Assembly: GCA_048885925.1 (NCBI GenBank)
Contig: JBHLLG010000027.1
Span: forward strand, 1 to 34,563
Direction: 5' to 3'
Length of the DNA stretch: 34,563 nucleotides
DNA from: Candidatus Hermodarchaeota archaeon
Lineage (GTDB): Archaea; Asgardarchaeota; Lokiarchaeia; Sigyniarchaeales; SOKP01
Shown: piece after piece, positions 10,822 through 20,227 of the stretch
Numbering within the stretch: the first letter of the stretch is position 1
Layout: every line of letters begins with the position of its first letter
The notes under the pieces: model-generated
The model's input: only the letters and a program-made list of their open reading frames with translations
Database searches by the model: none
Told to the model about the DNA's origin: nothing
Made by a program: the position numbers and the translations under genes

Positions 10822-13350
10822 TTGATTCATAAAAATATAGCAAAGAAGCTATTTTCCATTTCCGTTATTATTATTTATTTCATGATTTTTGTCTTAATGC
10901 GAGATATTTTCATTGAAATAAATGAATGGGAAGTCTCAATTATTATGATATTAGGTTTTGCTTTATTTATATTATTTCTTTTTATTTTTCTTAATTCTAC
11001 TTCAGATGAAGAAAAGAAAACATCTTTTCAAATACACATCTTTTCTGAAAATTCACTCAAATTATTTTTTTTATCGATTATAGTTATTTTCATTTTTATT
11101 CCTCCAATTATGCCTAATAATACAATAATAATTTGGGAGCTCATCCCTCCTTTAAATTATGTTAAAGCAATATTATTAACATTAAGTTTAGCTTTTTTAC
11201 CAGGCTCCAATTTTTATTCAATCTTTTTCCAAAATGATGAAATCTCCAAAAGAATTAAGATTGAACCTTTTCTTATAAAAATCACATTATACCCTCTAAT
11301 TTCTTTTAGTTTTATAGGAATTGTAGTACTAATTTATGATCAAATAGGATTAACTGGAGAATATATTGGAATTCTACTAGTTATAATAATTTTTCTAGTA
11401 AATTTGTTTGACATTTATTTACAAAAACGACGATTATGTTATTTTAAAATAAGAAAGATTAAATTAGAAATTTCAAAAAATACTTTTTTTATTCTTTTAT
11501 TTGCTATTGCTGTTATGACTATTTCTGTTGGTTATCAGCTTGGGTGGAAATATCTTGTTTCTGGTGATCCCTGGGATAGTATTAAATATGCTAATCAAAT
11601 TGGAGTTAATGGATCTAGCCCCATTTATATTAATTTTTATCCTAATTTTTGGGGATATATTTCTTATGGATTAAGTGTTTTAGCAGGAATTCCCTATATT
11701 AATATTAATACACTTCTTGCACCTTTTTGTTATTTATTCGTTACTTCCATTTATATCTTAATGAAATCTATATTATTCAATTTCAAAGAAAGTTATGCTG
11801 TTTTATCAACAATACTTATATTAATGTTTTCAAGTCTCTATATTGATAACCCAGTTTTTTCATTGAGTATGGGCAGCGAATTTTATTTTATCTATAAGAG
11901 TTATTCTTATTTCTTACTTTTCATTAGTTTAGCTTTATTTTTTATGTTTTTAAATGAGAAATCTAAAAAATATTATGAAATTAGGAAATTTTCAATTTTA
12001 AAAGAATTTAAATTCCTCGTATTAGGAGCTATTTTATTAATATTAAGTTTTATGACTTATATGTTTCCATTGTTAATAGGAATAGTTTTCCTCTTTTTAT
12101 ATTGTATCTTTTCAGAAAGAAGTAGAAAATTAGTTAATTTTAATCTATTTATATCATTTCTTTTGTTTGTCATTATTATTTATATAATTTTTGATATTTT
12201 GCTCCAATATTATTTAAGTTATATTATAATTAAGAATTTTTTCCATTTTTTCAAGTACGAACTGCTAATAACTATTAATGAAATTTTACCTCACCCACTA
12301 ATTATATATACCATTTTATTAATTTTGTTTTTAAGTTTATTTTTTCTTAAATTCCTACTTTTTAAAATCTTAAAAAATAAAGAAAATCAAATGGTAGAAA
12401 GGAGTAAAAGATTAAAGATTGTTGGTAAATTAATCATAATAATTTTCATATTATTTTCATTTTTAGAACTTGTCGTTATTATTCTAGAGATCTTTATTTT
12501 AAATATTGATTTAAGTGATAAATCTTTCTTCTTTCTATATTTAGACTATTTTATATTAAATATTGGTTTTATTGGATTAACAGGATTATATTTTTCTTAT
12601 TATTTCCTTAAGAAAGATGAGAATTTTTTTTTAACATTACTTTCATGGATTATTTTTTCTTTTTTGCTTGCTTACTCGCTAATTTTCATAGAGAATATAA
12701 TGAATTTTCCTTTAGCTCCCGAAAAATTATCGGAACGAAGTTTATTTCTAATGGATTATTGGTTCGATAGAATCTGGATTTACTCAATCCCTAGTTTTTG
12801 TATCTTTGCTTCTATAGGACTAATAGAACTCTTGAAGAAATTTAAGAATACTAAAATTTATAGAAAGCATAAATTTCTAAGACCAATTCCTAGAAATGTA
12901 ATTTTTTTAAGTTTTATCCTTTTTTCTTTTTCTGGAATTATTATTACAGGAATTAGGTATGGAAATACCAGATTTAGATATTCACCACCTGCAATAACTA
13001 CTCTAAACTGGATTTCAGAAAATATTCCACTTCGTTCAGGTGTTTTGGTAGGAGACAATTTTTTTATGGGTGTTGGAGTAGATTCTATAACTTTTGTTAG
13101 ACAGTTCTTCTTTGAAGACATTTTTAAAGCTGAATTTAATGAAACTCAATGTATCCAACAAATTGAGTATTTGAAAAGTGAGAGGATTCAATATATCTTA
13201 ATTTCACAGTTCTTTATTTCATATTATTTAAATAAATCAGATTTCACTAATAATATCTTATTGCCTAAATTTTATAACATTACCTTCTTTAATATTACCT
13301 ATAATTCTTATGGAGATTTATCAGTACATTATGCTCCATATTTTGATTAA
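10822..13350 (+). CDS. Large multi-pass membrane protein, predicted GT-C fold glycosyltransferase
   Basis: Numerous TM segments, SGDPWDS loop motif followed by YPNFWG, RIW motif in a late loop, and a C-terminal soluble domain starting WISENIP. TTG start. Confidence 0.65.
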   Translation: MIHKNIAKKLFSISVIIIYFMIFVLMRDIFIEINEWEVSIIMILGFALFILFLFIFLNSTSDEEKKTSFQIHIFSENSLKLFFLSIIVIFIFIPPIMPNNTIIIWELIPPLNYVKAILLTLSLAFLPGSNFYSIFFQNDEISKRIKIEPFLIKITLYPLISFSFIGIVVLIYDQIGLTGEYIGILLVIIIFLVNLFDIYLQKRRLCYFKIRKIKLEISKNTFFILLFAIAVMTISVGYQLGWKYLVSGDPWDSIKYANQIGVNGSSPIYINFYPNFWGYISYGLSVLAGIPYININTLLAPFCYLFVTSIYILMKSILFNFKESYAVLSTILILMFSSLYIDNPVFSLSMGSEFYFIYKSYSYFLLFISLALFFMFLNEKSKKYYEIRKFSILKEFKFLVLGAILLILSFMTYMFPLLIGIVFLFLYCIFSERSRKLVNFNLFISFLLFVIIIYIIFDILLQYYLSYIIIKNFFHFFKYELLITINEILPHPLIIYTILLILFLSLFFLKFLLFKILKNKENQMVERSKRLKIVGKLIIIIFILFSFLELVVIILEIFILNIDLSDKSFFFLYLDYFILNIGFIGLTGLYFSYYFLKKDENFFLTLLSWIIFSFLLAYSLIFIENIMNFPLAPEKLSERSLFLMDYWFDRIWIYSIPSFCIFASIGLIELLKKFKNTKIYRKHKFLRPIPRNVIFLSFILFSFSGIIITGIRYGNTRFRYSPPAITTLNWISENIPLRSGVLVGDNFFMGVGVDSITFVRQFFFEDIFKAEFNETQCIQQIEYLKSERIQYILISQFFISYYLNKSDFTNNILLPKFYNITFFNITYNSYGDLSVHYAPYFD

Positions 13351-13415
13351 ATACTAATTAATTAATTTCATAAAAAGCTTAGCTATATAATTTTCGAAAA
13401 TTTATTCTCTTAGAC

Positions 13416-14063
13416 TTAATTTAATGAATTTTCTGGTCCAAAGGGGCGTAGTCGGGCAATTCTTCGTTCAATCCCGAATATATCTGACAAATTTTTGGGA
13501 TAATATATGAGACTATTAATGGAAATTACAAAACTTACAATTACAAATTTTTCAATATTCTTATTTACAAATTCCAAAAGGAAGCAATTATTTGAATTTA
13601 AATCTAAATCATTTATCGATGAACGCTCTTCTTCATAGGTTTTTACATTGGCTAATATTTTATTATTTAAAGGATCTATAATTTTATAATTCCAATTTTT
13701 AAAATCTCCCACAGCGGTATATTGCTTGCTTTCTTTATCAATCTCAAGTTTAATTCTTGATGATCTCTTAAAGAATCTTTTCTTTTTTACTATTCCAACT
13801 ATTTTTCCTGCTTTATCTTTTAAAATATACCTTCGATACAAAACATTATTATTTGGTATCAAAAAAATAAATTCCTTATTATTCAATTCTTGGAATTCTA
13901 ATCTTTTATTTTGAGTAAACAAATTAGTTTTGATTTTACATATAATTTGACCAAATTCATTTATAATTTCTTCATTCCCAAAATCTTTAAATTGTTTTCT
14001 TAAAATAATATAGGTAAAATTAGTACTAACTTTACTTTTGATACCTTTATTAGAATTATTCAT
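13416..14063 (-). CDS. LURP-one-related / scramblase / Tubby-C-like beta-barrel protein
   Basis: Repeated beta-hairpin pattern (IINEFGQIICKIK, ILKDKAGKIVGIVKKK, AVGDFKNWNYKIID...ILANVK) ending in a hydrophobic helix (FVIVSFVISINSL), characteristic of the LOR/scramblase/Tubby fold. Confidence 0.7.
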   Translation of the reverse strand: MNNSNKGIKSKVSTNFTYIILRKQFKDFGNEEIINEFGQIICKIKTNLFTQNKRLEFQELNNKEFIFLIPNNNVLYRRYILKDKAGKIVGIVKKKRFFKRSSRIKLEIDKESKQYTAVGDFKNWNYKIIDPLNNKILANVKTYEEERSSINDLDLNSNNCFLLEFVNKNIEKFVIVSFVISINSLIYYPKNLSDIFGIERRIARLRPFGPENSLN

Positions 14064-14196
14064 AGAAGTCCTATTCTTTTTAATATTTAATAAATTTTAA
14101 TAATGAAAAGTTTTCAAGATAATTATATAAATTTAAAAACCAATTAATTTTAACTCAAGCACATTTAACTTCAAAATATTAATAATAACCCTATAT

Positions 14197-15624
14197 ATGA
14201 AAATTTTATTAATTAATCTACCAAGATTTCATGGATCTTCAGTTACTCGTGAGGGACGTTGTGAATTTGTGTGCAATTACCGTGTTGACACTCCAGCAAC
14301 TTTATTGATTATAGCTTCAATATTACGAAACAAAAACCATCAAATTGATTTTATAGATGCTAATGCTCAAAATTTAAGTTATCCTTTTTTAAAAAAAATA
14401 TTAATATATAAAAATCCTAATTGCTTAATTTTTACTTTTAATGCTTGGATAATCGATTTTGATTTAAAAATATGTGAGATTGTAAAGAAATTAAATCCTA
14501 ATTGTATAACAATAGGATATTCTTGGTTTGCAAAGAATGCCTCAAAAGAAATATTATCCCGATATCCGTTTTTGGATATTCAAGTAATTGAAGATCCTTT
14601 TTCTGTCATTGAGAACCTAATAAATAAATTAGACAAAAAAGAAGATCTTAAAGGCTTAGAAGGAATCGCCTGTAGGGAGGTTAATAATATAATTTTAGTT
14701 AATAAAGAATTGAAAATGAAAAAGGATTTTAGAGAATTACCACTACCAGCATATGATTTAGTAAGTTCTTTTAAACCATACTATTTATATACTCCTTTAA
14801 TAAGACCATATGCTTTGATTTACGCTGGTAGAGGATGTCCATATAGCTGCCTTTATTGTCCTGACGCTCACACGCCATATAGTGGACGATCTGAAGATGA
14901 TATTTTTAAGGAATTAAAAGTTTTGAAAAAATTAGGAAATATAAAATATGTTTGGTTTTATGATCAAATATTTACAATCAACAGAAAACGGATAATTAAG
15001 TTATGTGCAAAATTGATCGAAGAAAATCTTGAAATTAAATGGTTCTGTGATTCCAGGGCAGATCTAGTTGATAAGAGTCTGTTGAAAATAATGAAAGCTG
15101 CAGGATGTATAGGGATTTCCTATGGTATAGAATCTGGTTCACAAAAAATTTTAAATAATATGAAAAAAGGGATTAAAATCACTCAAGCAGTAAAAGCATT
15201 AAAATGGACTAGAGAAGAGAAAATTCCTATCCAATTAAACTTAATACTCGGATATATTGGAGAAAGCAAAAAAACATTAAAAGAAACAGAAGATTTTGTA
15301 AAATTAATATTACCAGAAATTATGCAAATTTCTGTATTAATTGCGATGAATGGTACCGAATTCACAAATTTAGCAATTAAGAATAATTGGATAAGAAATG
15401 AATTAGATTGGCGAGATAAAATAACAGATATTGCATTGGATAACGATCTGTATAAGCCTTTTAAACTCAATCTAGAAAAGTATAAAAAAGATTTGTATAA
15501 AATCTTATTTCTAAATCCAAGATGGTGGATTAATAATATAAAAACATTAGTTAAGAATCGTCAATTGATTTTACCCATTTTTGGAATATTATTAAATAGG
15601 TCTAAATCAATCAAACTTTTTTAA
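14197..15624 (+). CDS. B12-binding domain radical SAM enzyme (class B methyltransferase-like)
   Basis: N-terminal cobalamin-binding Rossmann domain; GRGCPYSCLYC (CxxxCxxC); GIESGSQKIL; ILGYIGE. Confidence 0.9.
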   Translation: MKILLINLPRFHGSSVTREGRCEFVCNYRVDTPATLLIIASILRNKNHQIDFIDANAQNLSYPFLKKILIYKNPNCLIFTFNAWIIDFDLKICEIVKKLNPNCITIGYSWFAKNASKEILSRYPFLDIQVIEDPFSVIENLINKLDKKEDLKGLEGIACREVNNIILVNKELKMKKDFRELPLPAYDLVSSFKPYYLYTPLIRPYALIYAGRGCPYSCLYCPDAHTPYSGRSEDDIFKELKVLKKLGNIKYVWFYDQIFTINRKRIIKLCAKLIEENLEIKWFCDSRADLVDKSLLKIMKAAGCIGISYGIESGSQKILNNMKKGIKITQAVKALKWTREEKIPIQLNLILGYIGESKKTLKETEDFVKLILPEIMQISVLIAMNGTEFTNLAIKNNWIRNELDWRDKITDIALDNDLYKPFKLNLEKYKKDLYKILFLNPRWWINNIKTLVKNRQLILPIFGILLNRSKSIKLF

Positions 15625-15674
15625 TTATCATAAGAATAAATAATTCAATTAATTAACTCAGAAGCATTGCATAA

Positions 15675-16595
15675 TTAAAAATTATCCTCCTGATCTTTCA
15701 TTTTTAAAAGTGATTCTTCAATCGTTAATGGCTTGATTTTTAATAATTGATTTGCCTTAGTAGAATCTAAACAACAACGCATCGGTCTTTTAGCTACTTG
15801 TTTGAACATATCACTGGTAACTGGTGTAATTAATTTTTTATTAAGATTAAAAACTTCAGCAATTTTGATTGTAAAGTCATACCGATTTATGCATTCTTTT
15901 CCAGTAGTATGAAATATTCCATTTATTTCTGAACCAGCAAGAGTTAATAAAAATTCAGCTAAATTATCTGCTAATGTAGGAGTGCTATATTGATCTGTGA
16001 CAATTTTTATTGGTTCATCATTTCTTAATTTATTTAGTGCCCATATTACATAATTTTGTGATTTACCAGAACTAGAACTTTTTCCTTGAATTTCACCAGG
16101 ATTCCACCCAAAAACAAGACTAGTTCTGGCTATCGCATAGTTAATTCCTAAATTGGAAATCTTTTCTTCTGCTTTAAGTTTAGAAATTCCATAATAACTT
16201 AAAGGATTCGTTTTGCTTTCTTCATTATAAATTTTATCAATTCCGTCAAATACATAATCTGTGGATATGTAGATAAATCGGGCATTAACTTCTTTACAAA
16301 GATTTGCTATATAAACAGTTGCTTCAACATTTACATTCCATGTTTCTTCACGATGAGTTTCACAATAATCAACATTATGTAAAGCAGAACAATCTATTAT
16401 AATATTAGGTTTAATCTCCATTATTAGAGAATGAGTATCTTTCTTATCTGTTTTATTGAGTTGAAAAATTTCACAATCTTTAATAGATATTAAACGTTTA
16501 TTGTAAGTACCATAGACCTTATAGAACCTTGTAGATAAATTGGCTAATTTGTAACCCGTAAGCCCACTTACACCAATAATTAATAACTTTTTCAT
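15675..16595 (-). CDS. rmlD: dTDP-4-dehydrorhamnose reductase
   Basis: GVSGLTG, VDYCE, ISTDYVFDG, YYGISKLKAE, DQYSTPT, AKRP motifs. Confidence 0.9.
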   Translation of the reverse strand: MKKLLIIGVSGLTGYKLANLSTRFYKVYGTYNKRLISIKDCEIFQLNKTDKKDTHSLIMEIKPNIIIDCSALHNVDYCETHREETWNVNVEATVYIANLCKEVNARFIYISTDYVFDGIDKIYNEESKTNPLSYYGISKLKAEEKISNLGINYAIARTSLVFGWNPGEIQGKSSSSGKSQNYVIWALNKLRNDEPIKIVTDQYSTPTLADNLAEFLLTLAGSEINGIFHTTGKECINRYDFTIKIAEVFNLNKKLITPVTSDMFKQVAKRPMRCCLDSTKANQLLKIKPLTIEESLLKMKDQEDNF

Positions 16596-16693
16596 AATTA
16601 TATAGATTTTTTAAAAATTATAAATATTAAAACTTAATATAAAAGATCTACAATATTGATCTTTTTTAATAAAAACTTTGTTTCAAAAATAGT

Positions 16694-17221
16694 TTGATAA
16701 AAATGATAGATGGTATTATTATCAGAGATATTAGGAAATTTATTGATGAGAGGGGATTTTTCTCAGAACTTTTAAGAGATGATTGGAGAGATTTATTATT
16801 AGAGGATAAAATTGTACAATTCAATCTTTCTTATAGTTATCCTGACATAGTTCGGGCTTGGCATCGTCATTTAAAAGGGCAAATTGATTATTTCATTTGC
16901 GTAGTTGGTGCCATTAAGGTTTGCGCATACGATGATAGAGAAGATTCCCCAACATACGGTGAATTAGATGAAATTGTCTTAAATGAGGAACATCTTAGGG
17001 TAGCAAGAGTTCCAGGAATTCTTTGGCACGGATATAAAGCCATCGGTACAAAATCTATAAAAATGTTATACGGTGTGAATCAGCTCTATAATTATAGTGA
17101 TCCCGATGAGGAAAGAAGAGATTGGAATGACAAAGCTGTAATTCCTAAGTCTATTAATGGAAAGATCAACGATCCGAGAGTCGGAAAACCTTGGGATTGG
17201 TATTATTCACCTAATAAGTAA
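16694..17221 (+). CDS. rmlC: dTDP-4-dehydrorhamnose 3,5-epimerase (cupin)
   Basis: DERGFFSE, RAWHRH, DDREDSPTYG, WHGY. The ATG at 16703 is an alternative start. Confidence 0.88.
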   Translation: MIKMIDGIIIRDIRKFIDERGFFSELLRDDWRDLLLEDKIVQFNLSYSYPDIVRAWHRHLKGQIDYFICVVGAIKVCAYDDREDSPTYGELDEIVLNEEHLRVARVPGILWHGYKAIGTKSIKMLYGVNQLYNYSDPDEERRDWNDKAVIPKSINGKINDPRVGKPWDWYYSPNK

Positions 17222-17266
17222 ATCTCAATTTTATAATACAAAAAACCTAAAAAACGAGAAATTAAT

Positions 17267-18250
17267 ATGAAAATTTTAGTTACTGGTGGATGTGGATTTG
17301 TAGGATGCTCAATAGTACCTCTACTTTTAGAAAATGGATATCAAGTTAAAATTTTAGACTTGCTATTATTTGGAGAAGAACCTATAGAATCCTTTAAGGA
17401 TGATGTGGAAATTATAAAAGAAGATATAAGAAATTTCAATCCATCAATTTTAGATGATATTGACATTGTTATCCATTTAGCTGCACTTTCGCAACCAGAT
17501 GAACTCAAACGAATACCACAAAACCTCTTTTATGAAATAAACCTTAACGGTTGTACCAGAGTAGCACATTATGCTAAGAAGGCTGGTGTTGAAAGATTCA
17601 TATTTGCATCTACTTGTAGCGTATATGGTTATCAGAAAGAGGTAATATATGAAACTACAGAGCCGAAGCCATTAGAGGCTTACGGCGATTCTAAATTAAA
17701 AGCTGAGAAAGAACTTTTGAAACTAAGCGATAAAGATTTTTGTGTTACTATAATGAGGCCAGCTACTATGTATGGGCTTTCTCCAAAAATGCGTTTTGAT
17801 TTAGTTGTAAACGGTATGACGTATGCATTATATAGCACAAAAGAAGTCAATGTTATGAAACCTGGAACACAATGGAGACCAAATATTCATGTTAGAGATG
17901 TGGGTCAAGCACTTAGAAAGATAATGGAAACTGATAAGGAACTTGTTGATAACGAGATTTTTAACATAGGTTCTAATGACCAGAATTATCAAATTCAAAC
18001 TCTTGCGGAGGAATTGGCGAATATCGTCTTAGGTGAGTACAATCCAAAATGGTATGGACAGCCAGATACAAGATCTTATAAAGTTAATTTTGATAAATTG
18101 AGAGATACACTAGGTTTCAAACCAAATTACACGGTAACCAATGCAGCAACAGAAATTACTAAAGCGCTTGAGAGTGGGCAAATCGAAAAAACCGATAAAA
18201 CGATTAATCTTAATTGGTATAAATATTTGATTGAAACAAATCAAATCTAA
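17267..18250 (+). CDS. NAD-dependent epimerase/dehydratase (extended SDR)
   Basis: TGGCGFVG, HLAA, STCSVYG, YGDSK (YxxxK), MRFDLVVN, WRPNIHVRD. Confidence 0.9.
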   Translation: MKILVTGGCGFVGCSIVPLLLENGYQVKILDLLLFGEEPIESFKDDVEIIKEDIRNFNPSILDDIDIVIHLAALSQPDELKRIPQNLFYEINLNGCTRVAHYAKKAGVERFIFASTCSVYGYQKEVIYETTEPKPLEAYGDSKLKAEKELLKLSDKDFCVTIMRPATMYGLSPKMRFDLVVNGMTYALYSTKEVNVMKPGTQWRPNIHVRDVGQALRKIMETDKELVDNEIFNIGSNDQNYQIQTLAEELANIVLGEYNPKWYGQPDTRSYKVNFDKLRDTLGFKPNYTVTNAATEITKALESGQIEKTDKTINLNWYKYLIETNQI

Positions 18251-18259
18251 TTTTTTTTT
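18251..18259 (+). terminator. Archaeal-type oligo-T terminator
   Basis: T9 run immediately after the TAA stop of the SDR gene. Confidence 0.45.
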
Positions 18260-18292
18260 GGTTCTACTTTGAAAAACTAAAGAATAATTTGA

Positions 18293-18397
18293 TTGAATAT
18301 AATTGTAATGGTTATTGGAGGCGTGGGTTATGTTGGTGTTCATTTAATCCTACCACTTCTTGATAAAGGACATAAAGTAACATGCTTAGACTTTTAA
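18293..18397 (+). pseudogene. Truncated N-terminal fragment of a second NAD-dependent epimerase/dehydratase
   Basis: TTG..TAA encodes MNIIVMVIGGVGYVGVHLILPLLDKGHKVTCLDF*, a beta-alpha-beta GGxGYVG...LD Rossmann start parallel to MKILVTGGCGFVG...LLENGYQVKILD of the upstream gene. Confidence 0.75.
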
Positions 18398-18440
18398 ACA
18401 TTTAATCTTTTTCATTTATTCTCGTTCCTATATAATTAAT

Positions 18441-19181
18441 TCATTTATTTTTCATATTTTCACTTTCAAAATTACAACACTTTAATAGCGTTTCAAAAGT
18501 TCCAGCATCAGACCAAAATCCCTTTACTATTTTTGCCATTGTTTTTCCTCTTTTAATATAATAATTATTAACATCTGTAATTTCTAATTCTCCTCTAGCT
18601 GAATAACCAATTTCAACAATAATCGTTTTAATTACATCAAAAATATCTTTATCATAAAAATAAAGTCCAGTTACACATAAATTTGTTTTAGGTTGTTTTG
18701 GTTTTTCTTCGATATTAATAATTTCCCCTCTTTTATTTAATTCTGCTACACCAAATCTTCCTGGATCAGAAACTTCTTTTAAAAATAAAAAACAGTTATA
18801 TTCTCTACTATTCTCAAATTCTTTTACCTCATTACCAAATGTATTTTCGAATATATTATCACCTAAAATAACTGCCACTTTATGTCCTTTTACTATTTTT
18901 TTAGTTAAATACAAGGCTTCAGCTATACCTCTCGCTCCTTGTTGATAAACATAACTAAAATTAGCGTCAAATTCTGAACCATCACCTAAAAGTTTAATAA
19001 AATCACCAACACTTTCACCACCAAGTACTATTGTAATATCTTTTATACCAGAATTTGTAAGGGTTTTGATGACTTTATAAATCATAGGCTCATTATAAAC
19101 AGGGAGGAGATGTTTATTAGTGACCTTTGTAAGTGGTGATAAACGTGTTCCGAAACCTCCAGCTAAAATTACACCCTTAAT
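18441..19181 (-). CDS. rmlA: Glucose-1-phosphate thymidylyltransferase (short RmlA/SpsI-like form); probable ATT start
   Basis: The frame extends upstream of the ORF-track ATG (19085) to (I)KGVILAGGFGTRLSPLTKVTNKHLLPVYNEPM. Also LGDN, EEKP, TGLYFYD, SARGELEITD and WSDAGT motifs. Confidence 0.88.
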   Translation of the reverse strand: MKGVILAGGFGTRLSPLTKVTNKHLLPVYNEPMIYKVIKTLTNSGIKDITIVLGGESVGDFIKLLGDGSEFDANFSYVYQQGARGIAEALYLTKKIVKGHKVAVILGDNIFENTFGNEVKEFENSREYNCFLFLKEVSDPGRFGVAELNKRGEIINIEEKPKQPKTNLCVTGLYFYDKDIFDVIKTIIVEIGYSARGELEITDVNNYYIKRGKTMAKIVKGFWSDAGTFETLLKCCNFESENMKNK

Positions 19182-19187
19182 AATGAT

Positions 19188-19195
19188 TCACATCC
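19188..19195 (-). promoter_or_regulatory. Shine-Dalgarno-like GGATGTGA upstream of rmlA
   Basis: One mismatch to the archaeal GGAGGTGA consensus, 6 nt before the ATT at 19181. Confidence 0.5.
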
Positions 19196-19300
19196 AAATT
19201 TTTAAATTATCTTTTTATCCGCAAAATAGTTTAAATTATGAAAAGATTTACATTTTATTTTATAATTCTATGTAATGGTTTGTTTTATTTAATGATAAGA

Positions 19301-20227
19301 CTATTCTATTAATCTTAAAAACAATTCTTCAAGAGATATATCTTGCTCGCTTATTCTTAGAATTTTAAATTTAGATAAAAACTCAAATAAATTTGAATAA
19401 TCTTCTCTTTTATGTAATCTAATAAGCAACCCTTTTTCATTTTCACTTACTTCCTTTATAAAATTTTGCTGCATTAATAACTTTTTTAATTCAGGTTTCT
19501 TATCTTTTATTTCGATATTAACTTTAACTTCTGATTCTGTAAGTGTTTTTACTTCACTTTTAGTACCAATTTTCAAGATTTTACCCGAATTAATAAAAGC
19601 AACACGCTCGCATAACTTTTCTACCACACCCATATCATGACTTGTTAAAAATATTGTTTTATCTAAATTTCGTATTTTTTCAATAATAAAACTCTTTGAT
19701 TTTACATCTAAACCTAAGGTTGGTTCATCTAAAAATAAAATATCACGTTCTAATAATAAAGTTCTACATAATGCTAATTTCATTTTCATCCCACTTGAGA
19801 AATACTCAACATATTGATCAAGCCATTTAGTTAGACCAAATTCTTCCGCTATTTCCTGAATTTTTTTTTTATAATTTGGAATTTTATAAATTTTGCAGAA
19901 AAACTTTAAATTATCGTAACCAGTTATTCTGTGATAAAGCATTTCACCACCAAGCATAAGTCCAATCAAAGGTTTTACTTTTTTGGGTTGTGAAATTACA
20001 TCATAACCGTTGATGGCTACAAAACCACTTGTAGGTTGTTTTATTGTAGTTAGAATTTCAATTAATGTAGTTTTACCCGCGCCATTAGGCCCCAATAATC
20101 CAAATATTTCCCCCTTATTAACTGTAAGATTTATATTATCTAAAGCTTTAAGAACCTTCCAAGGACGTTTTAGTTTATAATTTTTTGATAAATCCACTGC
20201 TTCGATTACTTTTTTCATTATAATCAA
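19301..20227 (-). CDS. ABC-2 type transporter ATP-binding protein
   Basis: Walker A GPNGAGKTT, signature FSSGM, Walker B LFLDEPT, TSH switch. The ATG at 20218 is an alternative start. Confidence 0.95.
   Translation of the reverse strand: MIIMKKVIEAVDLSKNYKLKRPWKVLKALDNINLTVNKGEIFGLLGPNGAGKTTLIEILTTIKQPTSGFVAINGYDVISQPKKVKPLIGLMLGGEMLYHRITGYDNLKFFCKIYKIPNYKKKIQEIAEEFGLTKWLDQYVEYFSSGMKMKLALCRTLLLERDILFLDEPTLGLDVKSKSFIIEKIRNLDKTIFLTSHDMGVVEKLCERVAFINSGKILKIGTKSEVKTLTESEVKVNIEIKDKKPELKKLLMQQNFIKEVSENEKGLLIRLHKREDYSNLFEFLSKFKILRISEQDISLEELFLRLIE

Noticed and set aside
17267-18250. Calling the SDR rmlB
   Set aside because: It lacks the TDE catalytic motif and the HVDRS/YSASK context of RmlB.
19188-19193. 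ATG-TGA in frame just upstream of rmlA, suggesting UGA recoding (Sec or alternative genetic code)
   Set aside because: TGA is a true stop for other genes here (18441, 20224, 27985). No internal TGA interrupts conserved domains, and the sequence is better explained as an SD-like GGATGTGA.
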